This document shows, one piece after another, positions 43,008 to 54,600 of a stretch of DNA of 64,000 bases. Positions within the stretch are counted from its first letter, which is position 1; every line of letters starts with the position of its first letter. A program made the translations under genes and the position numbers. This DNA comes from Ptychomitrium polyphyllum (taxonomy: Eukaryota). Location: contig OZ316775.1 in the NCBI GenBank assembly GCA_973851085.1, forward strand, positions 15,438,001 to 15,502,000. The letters run 5' to 3'. The notes under the pieces are model-generated. The model made no database searches. It worked only from the letters and a program-made list of their open reading frames with translations, and was not told where the DNA came from.

Positions 43008-44656
43008 TGTTGTAATGTATTTAGATGTACAGTTTAAAACTTAATTGGTATTTGTTATTTTGTGGAACTCAAATTATTGTATTAGGAAAATAATATTAGA
43101 AAAAATATATAATTGGATTACAAAACGTTGTCGTGAAACCACAACTTTATTTGTTTTGGAGGTAGAACTGCATTTTCTCTTAGCTTAGGGTGAATAGGCT
43201 AGTTGATTGTAGTGTTTTCCTGCCTGCTATTCTCGCTAGTAGTATCAAATCAAGTATTGCCGTTTTACTCAACAAATCCGACAAGAATCAAACTTGGACC
43301 AATTCAGTAGCTGAAACTTATCCAATCATCCAATTTCATGACTTGGTGTTTGATCTTACCTCAATGATGATATTATTCTTGTCAAATTTTAATTATTTTT
43401 CTACTTTTTTTATTTTATTTTAGTTTTTTAGTTCTTATTTTAGATTTGTGAAGGTTAATTTTGTATTCTTTTGTTCTTTGAATCTATAAGTTTAAACTAG
43501 AAGAAAAAAAAAAAAAAAAAGCAAAAAAAATAATTTGAGTTGTTTTATATGAAGATATGATTAGATAAGGGCTTGAGAAAAGAGAATAGGAGTTGATGTA
43601 GAGAGATTAAGCTGATGTGGAGTGATAAGGGGCAGTTGTGGTGGTTCGACCACCGCCCTCTTCTTCTCTCTCAGCCTCTTCCACCTGAATAAGAAGGCAA
43701 CCCTTCTTTAGGTGATATTGAATTGTACACTTTTTAGTTTAAGTTGATTTTTATTGTATTTGTTTTTTTTTCTTGTGAGCTTTTTAAAAAGCCATCACAT
43801 GCTTCATTTGAAGTTAGTATGTGATTGTGGCACTAGTTTGAATAATGTGGAATCAGCTGCCTTGAGTTTTGAGAGTAGATATTTTGAATGCTTGTAACTT
43901 TTTGTAGAAATGGTTTTTGATTATGAAATTTGTAGAATAGCATTTTGACTACTTTGAAACGACGGTGTAGAAATTTCAAAAGTAATAAATTCTTATAGTA
44001 GGAGATATAAGAAAAAAATGCAATCAGGGTTTGAGGGCAGTACAACGTAGAGTTTGGAGCTACATGTTTTGAACCATTGAAGATGATTGGAGGGGCTTTT
44101 AAGGTTGAAAATTTGGTGAAATGTTTATTATAAAATAAGTAATATGTGAATAAAGTTTAAAGTCTAGATTTATTGTAAAAAGGAAGTTATAGAATTATGA
44201 AGTAAAGTGGGGGGAAGGGAGGGGGGGGGGGGAGGGGCGGGGGAGGGGGGGCCAGGAGCTATGGTAGAAAGAGTGAAATTTTTGAAGACATGGTTCTTAA
44301 TAATCACTTGGACTGTAAATAAGAGATTTTGAAGGTTGTACTTTTAGAATCTTGTGCTTATATCATTAATATCTCAAGAGCATAGAACCTTTGAACTTGA
44401 AGTTATAGAAGAATATGTAATTCAAATTTAAAAAAAAGAAGAAGTAGAATTCTTGATAAAGAGTTGGATTATTTTTTAAGATGGAAAAAAAAAGAGTTGA
44501 AAAGTAGAAATTGAAGATGTAGAAATAGCTAATAAGTAATTGGAAGTTATAATTTGTATTATAAAATAAAAATTATATAAAAAGAAACCCTTGTATTTGA
44601 TTAATTAGATGCAAAAAGATCCAGCGTTTCCTATAGCAATCACTCTTACTACAACA
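43008..44656. mobile_element. Insert Y (1649 bp), solo-LTR-like, unrelated to the other families in the window
   Basis: TGTTGTA...TACAACA termini. It interrupts pol between PKSI and VQCFLGF. Flanks ACAT/ATGT fit a decayed 4-bp ACGT TSD. Confidence 0.7.
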
Positions 44657-45682
44657 ATGTAATGTGCAATGTTTTCTTGGATTTGCTTACTTCTATAGAA
44701 TCTGCATCAAAGACTATTCTTGCATAACTGCACCACTCACACAATTAACATGCAAAGATAAGCTTGAATGGAGATCCGATGCTGAAGATGCATTTCAAAA
44801 TTTGAAACAAGCTTTTACTACAGCCTCTATTATGATCCATCCGAAATTTTCAAAGCTATTTTATATGGAGATAGATGCTTCTGACTTTGCATTAATAGCA
44901 ATTTTTTGCGGCCAAGAGAAGTAAGGAGATTCTATCCAATTGCATTCTATTCCAAAAAAAATTCAATTACAAAAATCAACTATAAAATCCACAACAAGGA
45001 ATTCCTAACAATTATGGATTCCTTCTAAGAATGATGCCACCTGCTCAAGGATGAAGCGCATTCAATTGTTATATATACGGACAACAAAAACTTGGAATAT
45101 TTCATGTTAGCCTGTGTTATGAATTGTCACCAAGCTCGTTGGAATGTGTCTCTATCTTGATTTGATTTCCACATCACATATTGAATTAGAAAAAAACAAA
45201 GTTATCAAATGCTTTATTTAGGTGGTCATATCTTGCGCCAATGGAAGGAAAGGTAGTACACAATCAAGAACAAGCAACTTTATTGAACTTAAACAATTAA
45301 CAATAATTAACAACAAACAACTTAAACGATTTTGCATATGCACAACTACTATTTTAGTTCTAGTGGGTTCATCATTCTTTGATCAAGTTCGTGTAACATC
45401 TACCAGTGATCCATTTGTTTTTTATATCAAGCGTCGTTTCAACAACCTTTCTGAAGATGTATCTAAGAACAAATTTGAGAATAACTTGTACTTTGAAGAA
45501 CGTCTATATATTCCTGAAAAACCATTTTGCCTTTGTATATTTCAAACACGTCATAAATTTCTTGCGGTTGGACATTTTGGATTCAATAAGACTTTAATAT
45601 TCTTTTTTTGAGACTTTTAGTGGCTTCAAATGTGGAAAGTTGTTAAGGAATTTGTACTTTCTTATGATACCTCCTCTTAGTC

Positions 45683-46848
45683 TGTTGCAACCCTTGTAAA
45701 GCACCTTAACAAACGTCACGCGCGTCAACTCTGTACACCTCCACATGCACATGGTTAAACCCCATTTTCACCCTCCAAGTCCCAAGCTTGGTTTCCAATT
45801 CTCCCTACCATTTCTCTTAGGACATCCAATTAATTGGTAGCCAATGGTTAGGTGTGGACTTCCATTCATATCTAAGGCCTCACTTGGTGTTACTCCCATT
45901 CCACACGGCCTAATCACATTTAGTGGTGTCTCTTCACCACCACTCATGATTCCTATGTGATCTTAAGATCACTCTAGGCCATCATGGTGCTGGCGTAAAG
46001 ACACCACCCCAACTTAGTGGTAACAAACGTGCCTTTCTAATTTCACTAGTTTCCTTTGTGAAACCGGTCATCTACTAGCTCACAATGGTGTGGGAGTCCC
46101 CATGGTGAAGCCTCAACACTAGCTCCACCAACTGGGATTCATCCTTGGTTCCTATTGAGACACTAGGGGAGTGGGGAAAGAGACCAGTCCTCCCTTATAG
46201 TACTTTTTGTGGAATTTGGCAGGCCCTCTAGTCCTCTGTATCTGGCTGAACCCCGACACACCAAAACTTTTGGAAGACCATCCAATCTCCCTTGGAACTT
46301 AGCCCCTAGAAGCCTCTAGGACTTCTTGTGGACCTTCAGGGGGCCATATCTTCCATGTTTGGTATTTGAATCTATCGAGCGACCACTCTATTGTCATTTA
46401 CTCATTGCGTAGATGCCGATAGACTCCTCAAATGTCCAATTTAACTTAGTATTTTGGGAGATATGCCTCTTTCCAAGGTTTGGAACTCCTAAGGAGTCCC
46501 TCTTTGTATTGTTCCAGTCCAGTATAGTCACTGTCTAGGGCTGCCACAGTCCAAAACAGCCTCTTGGCAACTCCAACTTTGGGATGCCATATCTTTTAGC
46601 TCTCTTGTCCGATTTGAGCAATATATAACATTGTAGAATCAACTTGTCATGAGTACTCTAATGCCTACAATTTATCCCTCGTGGCCCTCGGACTACATGG
46701 GAAAGGATGTTTTTCTCTCTCGGGATCTTTCCCACGCTAGGCTTACTCGGGCCACTTCACTATCGGCACCTTAAGTCTCGGACGTCACCCCGGGGCCCTC
46801 CTTGTGCCCTTAGTGTTGCAGGCACTCTTCAAGGAGAGATGCGCAATA
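45683..46848. mobile_element. Solo-LTR-like insert X3 (1166 bp)
   Basis: Perfect TSD TAGTC at 45678-45682 and 46849-46853; homologous to X1. Confidence 0.88.
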
Positions 46849-49800
46849 TAGTCAAAGAATCCTAAACACCGTCCTTATAGATTTCTCTAACCATTGCTTA
46901 TTCCAAAGCAATCATAGTCATCTATAGTCATGGATTTCATAGAGATCTTCCACTATCAAATTCTTTTGATACCATCTTTGTAGTGATAGACCGGTTGACT
47001 AAGATGGCATAGTTTGTACTTTGCAAGAAGACAATAACAGACAAAGAGATTGCCACATTCTTTATGGATAACATTATCGCTACCATAAATTATCAGACGA
47101 TATTATATTAGATCATAGGCCACAATTTATATCAAGATTTTGGAAGCCACTTTTTGAAATTCTTAAGGTTTGCATTAAACTCTCTTCTGCCTTTCATCCT
47201 CAGACCAATGGCCAAATAGAGCAATCAACTAGATCTTGGAACAATATCTGAGGTATACTATTAATTACTAATAAGATGATTGAATTTCCTACTTGACATT
47301 GGCTAAGTTTGCCTACAACAACACCATTCACATTTCCATCCAACAAACGCCATTTTATTCCAATTATGGACATCATCCAAAGATGAATATGTTACAGCTT
47401 CCATAATCTAAAAATCTAATAGTAGAGGAATTTGCCACAAGTATGGTACAACTTCAAGCAACCATGAAGACTCAACTAGAAGAAGCTCAAAAACAATACA
47501 AAACGGCAACGGATGCAATATGGAAGGAACAACTTCCATTCCAAGTTGGTGAGAAGGTATAGTTCTTTTGATGCAATATAAGAACCAATAGGCCATGTAA
47601 CAAGTTGGACTATTGCAGATTAAGATCATTTGCAATTCAAAAACAAGTCAACCATGTGGCATGTTGTTTAGAATTACCAACATCAATAAAAGTATTTCTA
47701 ATTTTCCACATTTTACTTTTAGAAGCCTTATAAAAATTAACTATCCTTGAACAAAGGCAATTGCCACCACATATAGTCAAAATCAATAATCATCATGAAT
47801 TTGAAAAGGAAGAAATTCTTAATTCACAAATAAAATGTGGAAAGTTGGAATACTTGGTTCATTGGCATGGATATGACATCAGTAAATGCAAATGGAAGCC
47901 AGCTAATAATCTTGCCAATTTATTAGTAAAAATTCATGAGTTCCATCAATAACATCCATCCATATAAAAAATAACAGCACAAGGAAAAGTGGCTCAATAA
48001 TGTTGCGTAACCTTGAAAACTTTTGATTCTTGGACTTTTAAGTAGGAAAGAAAGCAATTTTTAGACCATAAATTTCCGAAGGCCCATACATGATTTAGAA
48101 TCTAGGCCTTTGTATTTTGGATTGATCATAGTTCTTTGAAATTAATTTGGTATATTAAATATGGATATCCAAGATACAAATATCATGCCAATGGTATCAA
48201 CTCAACAAAGTGGCTTCTATCAATGACCTCATGACAAAGAACAAATTGGACCAAGAAGGCGTCAAAGGATACCTAGCAATAGATTATTGGTAGTTGTCTT
48301 TGAAGTAGAGTTAGCTTACCAAGATTATTCAAAAGCAATGTTTGAAGAACGTTTTTATAATGAAGATATAAAAGTTCATGTTTGGTACCAAGTAGAAGGC
48401 GCTGGACATTATTGATGATTATAAGGACCTATGAACCATTTGAACTATGAAAGGCAATTGAAGTATATTGCAGACACTATGCAACAAATTTTTAACTTCC
48501 TCAAATTCAAAGCACTTGTTGCAATATGCTCCTTAGAAACCTTGGAATTAGAAGGAGAGGTAATGTTACGGACATACATATTAGACGCATCTAGAAAGGT
48601 TCTTAGAAAGTTTAGGAAGCTTCCAAAAAAGCAACTCAAGGTTGCTTGAATACAAAGCAATGTACGTAAAGCTTCTCAAGAAGCTTTTGAAGCTTGTGGT
48701 TTTAGTATATATAGGAGTTGAGGCTGAAGGGATCTTTAATCTTGATAATGCATCTCTTGTGGTCTAGCTCAAGACCTTTTGGCCTTGTTTTTGTACCTTG
48801 TTATAGCTCTTTACTTTTAATACACCTTAGACATACCTTATTCCATATCTTAGAACTTTAAAGTCTTGCCTTGTAATTATCATGTCTGTAACACTTGCTT
48901 ACAAAGTTTTTTAAGGTGGAATGGCTATTGAAGTATTGAAAGGATTCTAAAATGTTATTACAATATATTAGAACATTCTAGAAGATTTTAAAGACTATGT
49001 TACATGATATATGTTTGTGATAATAGGAATTATTCTTTTAAATATTTTTTATTATCTTTAATTGCTAATGATAGCCTTATATTAATATAGCTTGGTAAGG
49101 TCTTGTCATATAAAGTCTAAATATTTGAAAACAAGAATTATAAGCAAATTTGTACAAAATGGTACATAATAAATGGTACATGATAAAGAGCCAATAGGGA
49201 TTATGAAACAACTTATACAATGAGCAAAATTTAAAAGAATTTTTTTAATAGAATCTACACAATGATCAAAAATTTTTAAAAAAAATTAAAAGATAGTTGA
49301 GAATTATCTAAAATATTAGCTAATTACTAATAGTTTTTTAACAATTTGGAAGTCTTGTAGACATTTGTAATTGATGCATTTGCAATTTTCAAAAACCATT
49401 TATTCATTGCAATAGACAATATTCTTAGGAGAGTACAAAAATTATCATGCTAATTTTCCATGACATGGACTTTGAATGATCTTAATAGTTGGCAATTTAT
49501 ATGAATTGTTGTGTAACTTCACTTCCATATGGACTTAGCAATACATGAATTTTCATTTGTTTATAAAGAACCTTTTTGTAAAATAAATGTGTAATTGTTA
49601 AAATTACTTACAGTATTTAAATTTATAAACTCTACTTTGAGTATTTCATTACATCTATTTTACCACATTGAATTAACATTGGCAACTTGTCACTTGACTA
49701 GTCCATTCATACAACCATTTTGAATAATTAAATAATTATTACAATTCAATGTTATTTGTTAGAGATGAAATTCGAAAATTAGTCAGTCAGTCAAATTATA

Positions 49801-51635
49801 TAAAAAAAATTCATTATAAAATATAAGAATTTTTAAGAAAATAAGTAAACTTTTCTTTTCTTCATTACATGTTGTTTTTCATTTTTTTTGCATCACTTCT
49901 TGGCAATTGCATTTCTAGATTATATTGTGTGCAATTTCCACTTCATCTTGTATGGACTTAAGTCAATTTTAAAGTATTTTAAAATCTAGCTTGAATAATT
50001 CTTTATCCACATTGGAATCATATGGGAATCAATGTTAATACAACACTTTAAAACCAAGTCTTAATATTTTGCAAATAATAGTCTTTGGCAATATTTTCAA
50101 TCTTTTTTAAAACCTTCCTTAGTTCTAGTTATAATAAGTGGAATAAAGAAAATAGATTTTAATCTAATTTATTGTAAATTATAACTTTAACATCAATAAG
50201 ATTAAAAGTTAAATAGAATATGTTAATAAAGAAGTCAAGAAATTTATATTTGTATATATAAAAAGAAGTTGTCCCTTGAGACAAAATGCACCATTTTTCT
50301 TTTGTACTAACATTTGTTAATAAATTTTTAGAAACTTTTGCATATTTTTTTTTGCTAATAGAGTTTTGTAAATCATTTCAATACTTCTTATTTACTAAGT
50401 TAATTCTATTTTGGTTTCTAGTTTAAATTTGATACACAAGGAATATTGGAATTGATTTTGTAGTCTTTTGAAGTACTCAACTAAGACCTATTTAGTTGAT
50501 TACATGATGAACAATAATTGACTAATTGAAGATACTCAGAGGAGTATTTTAGCACTTAATAAAACACCATTAGCTTCTAGACATGCGGTTTTCAACAATG
50601 CAAGTCAAAATCCTAGCAGGGCATGCTAATCAATTAAACCACGATTGGAAGTATTCTAGTTTAAGGTTTAAAAAATTTGTTGTTATACTTGATACACAAG
50701 TGCATTTCATTGGAACATATTATTTCTTATAATGATTTCCTATACATGTGTGTTAATATGGGCATAATCAACGTCGATTAATTTGAGCATAAAATCACTA
50801 GAGGTGTCAAAATTTACAATATAAAAGTTCAATTAAATAATTGCAATTTAAAACGTCATTCTAAAACTTTTCCAATTTAAGGCTTTTGTGAATTGTGATA
50901 CTTTTAAGCATTACAAAACATTAAGTGCAATGATTTCTTTGAATATACATTTTTTAAAAGGGATAGTTCCATCATCTAAAGGTATAGCTCCATTATCAAT
51001 TTTATAGCCATGCATCATCTATAAACTTTCAAAATATGTCATAGTCATTTAGATCTTTTTATGCTCTTGTTGTATATATAAAGATTGCCATACATGATGG
51101 ATTAAGTACATTAATTATTATTGAGTTTGTAATAAATAAAATCAGATAAAAATGTATAATATACATTTTTATAAATTAAAAAAAATTAATCACAATAATT
51201 ATGTTAAGTTACTTTCATTTTACAAAAGAAGAATCCAAAAGTGATGGAAAAATCATAAATTTTATTAATGATTAAATCACCATATTCAAGTAAAAACTAT
51301 AAGTAGGTCTTTTAAAAACATTCATAAAATTCAACTTGGCAAAGAATGCCAAATTATAAAACCTTCTCTATCAAATATTCATCTAAATTCTGATTTGCAT
51401 TAATATGGCCAATTGATATGAAATTTATTCCAAATGTTGAAAAAATCCTTAAATTTAATTATATTGCATCCATCCAATATTATTTGGCATCCAATGCTAC
51501 ATCACAAGTTATCCTTTTAAAAACATTTGTAGGCTTTTTGAACCTTCTGTTGACTTCCAAAAACTTCATTAGAAGGTTTTTATAAGATGTAGGTTTTTTA
51601 GTATAACTAAGAAGCAAGATGAGGTGTACATTAAT

Positions 51636-54600
51636 TGTCACGGACATAGATCATGCAATATAGTCCTTAGAACAATCTAAAACCTTCTAGTATACTATAA
51701 TAACTTCTTAGAATACTTTTAAATGTCTCCATAGCCTTTCCATGTTCTTAGGAAGCTTCTAAAGAAAATTCCTCCACCTTAGGAAATTTCCTATGAAGGT
51801 TCCAACATCTCATGTAACTTCTTAAGAAACTTTCTACAAATATTCCATTATCTTAGAAAACTTCCTAGGAAGGTTCCATCATCTTAGGAAACTTCCTAGA
51901 AAAATTCTACCACCACAAGAAACTTCCTATGAAAGTTTTACATCTTTAGAAAACTTCCTAAGAAGGTTCCGCTATCTTAGGAAACTTCCAAGGAAGGTTT
52001 CAATTCCTTGGAAGTTTCTTAGGAAGGTTCTAATATCTTAGGAAACTTCTTGGAAAGGTTTCCTAGACTTTTAAAACATTTTTAAGTCTTATAGGAAGCT
52101 TCTTTAGAAGTATCCTAGGAGATATAAACGTCATAGTATAAATAGGAGGCAAGATAAGGTATTATTTAATCTTGTCAACACAAATTGTGGATCATCTTGA
52201 ATTTTGTCTTGTTCTAATCTTTGTATCAAGTTCTTATAAATCATTAGCTCTTTGGAAGCTAGTTCTTGGGAAACACTTCGTTTCTGCTTCTTGTTTCTTT
52301 TGTCCCTAACAGTTTGGCACGACTACTCTTTATCTTTGTCAGAGCTAAGGTTCTTTGAAGAAGATTATGGATTACCAATCTTCTTTAGGATTCCATAGCG
52401 TCTTAGAGGTTGCGGATTATCCTCCTCTAAGCTGGCACCATAGAATTGGTTTCTCTTTCTAGAACCACGTACTACTTCTTTCAAAGGATGTGGATTACCC
52501 TCTTTTGAAGGTATTCATAGTCTTCTTGTCTTTGACAATCTTAAGAATTGGATAACGTGCTTGGAACATTAGAAAATAGGTTTGCAACTATTGTAGACTT
52601 TCAAGAATTATTAAACATAGTCCGAATGGAACTTGCCCGCTTTAACACCACTAAGATTTTAGAGCAATACACTTGGCAAGCTGAAGAATCGAATGGTGAT
52701 ATTCAAAGCCTATATCAAGAGGTTATTTGATTGCAAGAGGCCAATATTGGAAGAGAAGGCTTACGTCGAACCCATGTAGAGCCAAAGATTAGCATGCCAA
52801 ACAAATTTGATGAATCAAGATCAAAATTAAGAAGCTTTATTCAACAAGTAAGGCTCTTCTTTATTTTGCATCAATCTGGCTATTTTGATGGCACAACTCA
52901 AGTGGGATTTGTGGCCACTCTTTTATCAAAAAATACACCATCGTGGTTTGCACCATTTATGGAGAAGCAATCACCATTATTGAACAACTTAGATGCTTTC
53001 ATAGAAGCATTAACTTCTACTTTTGGAGACACAAATAGAGAGAATGTGGCTGAGATAAGGATCCAAAGTCTACAATAAGGACAACACTCAGCTGCTACAT
53101 ATGCTGCGGAGTTTTAACAATTAGCTTGCGACCTTGATTGGAATGATAAAACCTAGATCACACAATTTCAATGGAGCTTAAGAGAGAATGTGAAGGACTT
53201 GCTATTCATAATGCCAAGAGTTGAAATATTAAACAAATTCGTCACTCAAGTGATAGTATGTGACAATAAACTATTTGAAAGGCGCTAAGAACAACGCTTA
53301 GGATGGCGACTAGTACATCAAAGTTAGGCTACCACTTCTTCAAGAGATACGGAAAGCCAACGACAAGGACCAAAACCTATGCAAGTTGATGCTGCCTAGT
53401 TTAGACGTGTAACTCTAGAAGAAAAAAAAAGGCGTCAAAGAGAAAACCTATATTTGTTTTGTGGCAAGTTTGAACATGAAGTGCGCGATTGCCAAATCAA
53501 AGGATCTGCCTTTAAGGTTCAAAATACAATGGTGGAGTTGAAAAATAAGGCTATCTTGTCACAATAGGGACCATGCAATTGGACACCTCAAAGAAACGAC
53601 CATCAAATCAAGGTCTCTTACTACCTTCAAGCCCTATCTCTTGTTTTATATTTCTTATCAAAATTAAGTTGTTAGATGATGAAATAGTTGCTGAGGCTCT
53701 TTTAGACACTGGTGCAACAGCATATTTCATGGACAAGGATTTTGCAACCAAACATTAGATGGTGCTTATGAACAAAAAATATCCCGCACCTGTTGAAGTT
53801 ATTGATGGACGATTTCTTGCATCTGGTAATGTTATTGAAGAAACTCAACCATTGGAGGTTGTTTTAAGAAACCAGACATTTAAGATTATTTTTAATGCCA
53901 ATCAATGTCTTGGGCCTTTCTTGATTTGAATTACATAATCTAGACATTGATTGGCGCTCACGGAGTGTGGTCTCAAGATAAAGACGTCAAGGTATAAGAA
54001 ATCTTGGACCATCATTTATTAGAGCTAAGGCATTCATAAGAGCAGCAAAAGATGAACCAATTTTTGCCATTTATGCCACACCAATGTCCAGCTCTATAAT
54101 AGAGACTAATAAAAACATACCTCATTAATATCAAGATTATAAAGACGTTTTTTAAAAGAAGAATGCGGACATATTATCAAAGCACCGGCCTTACAATTGT
54201 ACCATTGAATTGCAAGGAGTCCAACCACCTTTTGGACCTATTTATAACTTATCACAAACCAAGTTGACTGCCTTAAGAGAATATATTGATGAAATCCTAG
54301 GAAAGGATTTTATTCAGCACTCTAAATCACCGGCTAGAGTACCCATTTTATTTGTATAGAAGAAAAAAAGATCATTACATATGTGCGTGGACTATCGAGA
54401 CTTCAATAAAGTAACCAAAAATAATTGCTATCCATTATCATTAATCTCAAGACTCCTATAACAACTTGGCCAAGCAAAGATATTCACCAAAATTGATCTT
54501 AGAGGAGCCTACAATCTTGTACGCATTAAAGAAGGAGACAAATGGAAGACAACTTTTCAATTTGGGTATGGTCATTTTGAATACAATGTCATGCTTTTTG

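Larger units (their letters stand above)
40037..48893 (+). mobile_element. Decayed family-A chromovirus, unit 2, sharing LTR 40037-40402 with unit 1; 3' LTR 48564-48893
   Basis: A second set of gag/PR/RT/RH/INT/chromodomain remnants directly follows the middle LTR. PPT AGAAGGAGAGGTAA precedes 48564. Confidence 0.87.
25246..49022 (-). mobile_element. Old solo LTR (family B) split into 25246-25605 and 48894-49022 by all nested insertions
   Basis: The two halves are collinear with the B LTR. TSD ATAGG at 25241-25245 and 49023-49027. The termini have decayed to TA...TA. Confidence 0.75.

Noticed and set aside
43605..43660. tRNA/SINE-like A and B boxes inside insert Y
   Set aside because: The matches are loose, with no cloverleaf and no correctly placed tail or TSD.
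49330..49440. Minus-strand peptide YSPKNIVYCNE resembling a pogo/piggyBac first-Asp motif
   Set aside because: A single weak match in AT-rich DNA with no further DDE motifs or TIRs found.
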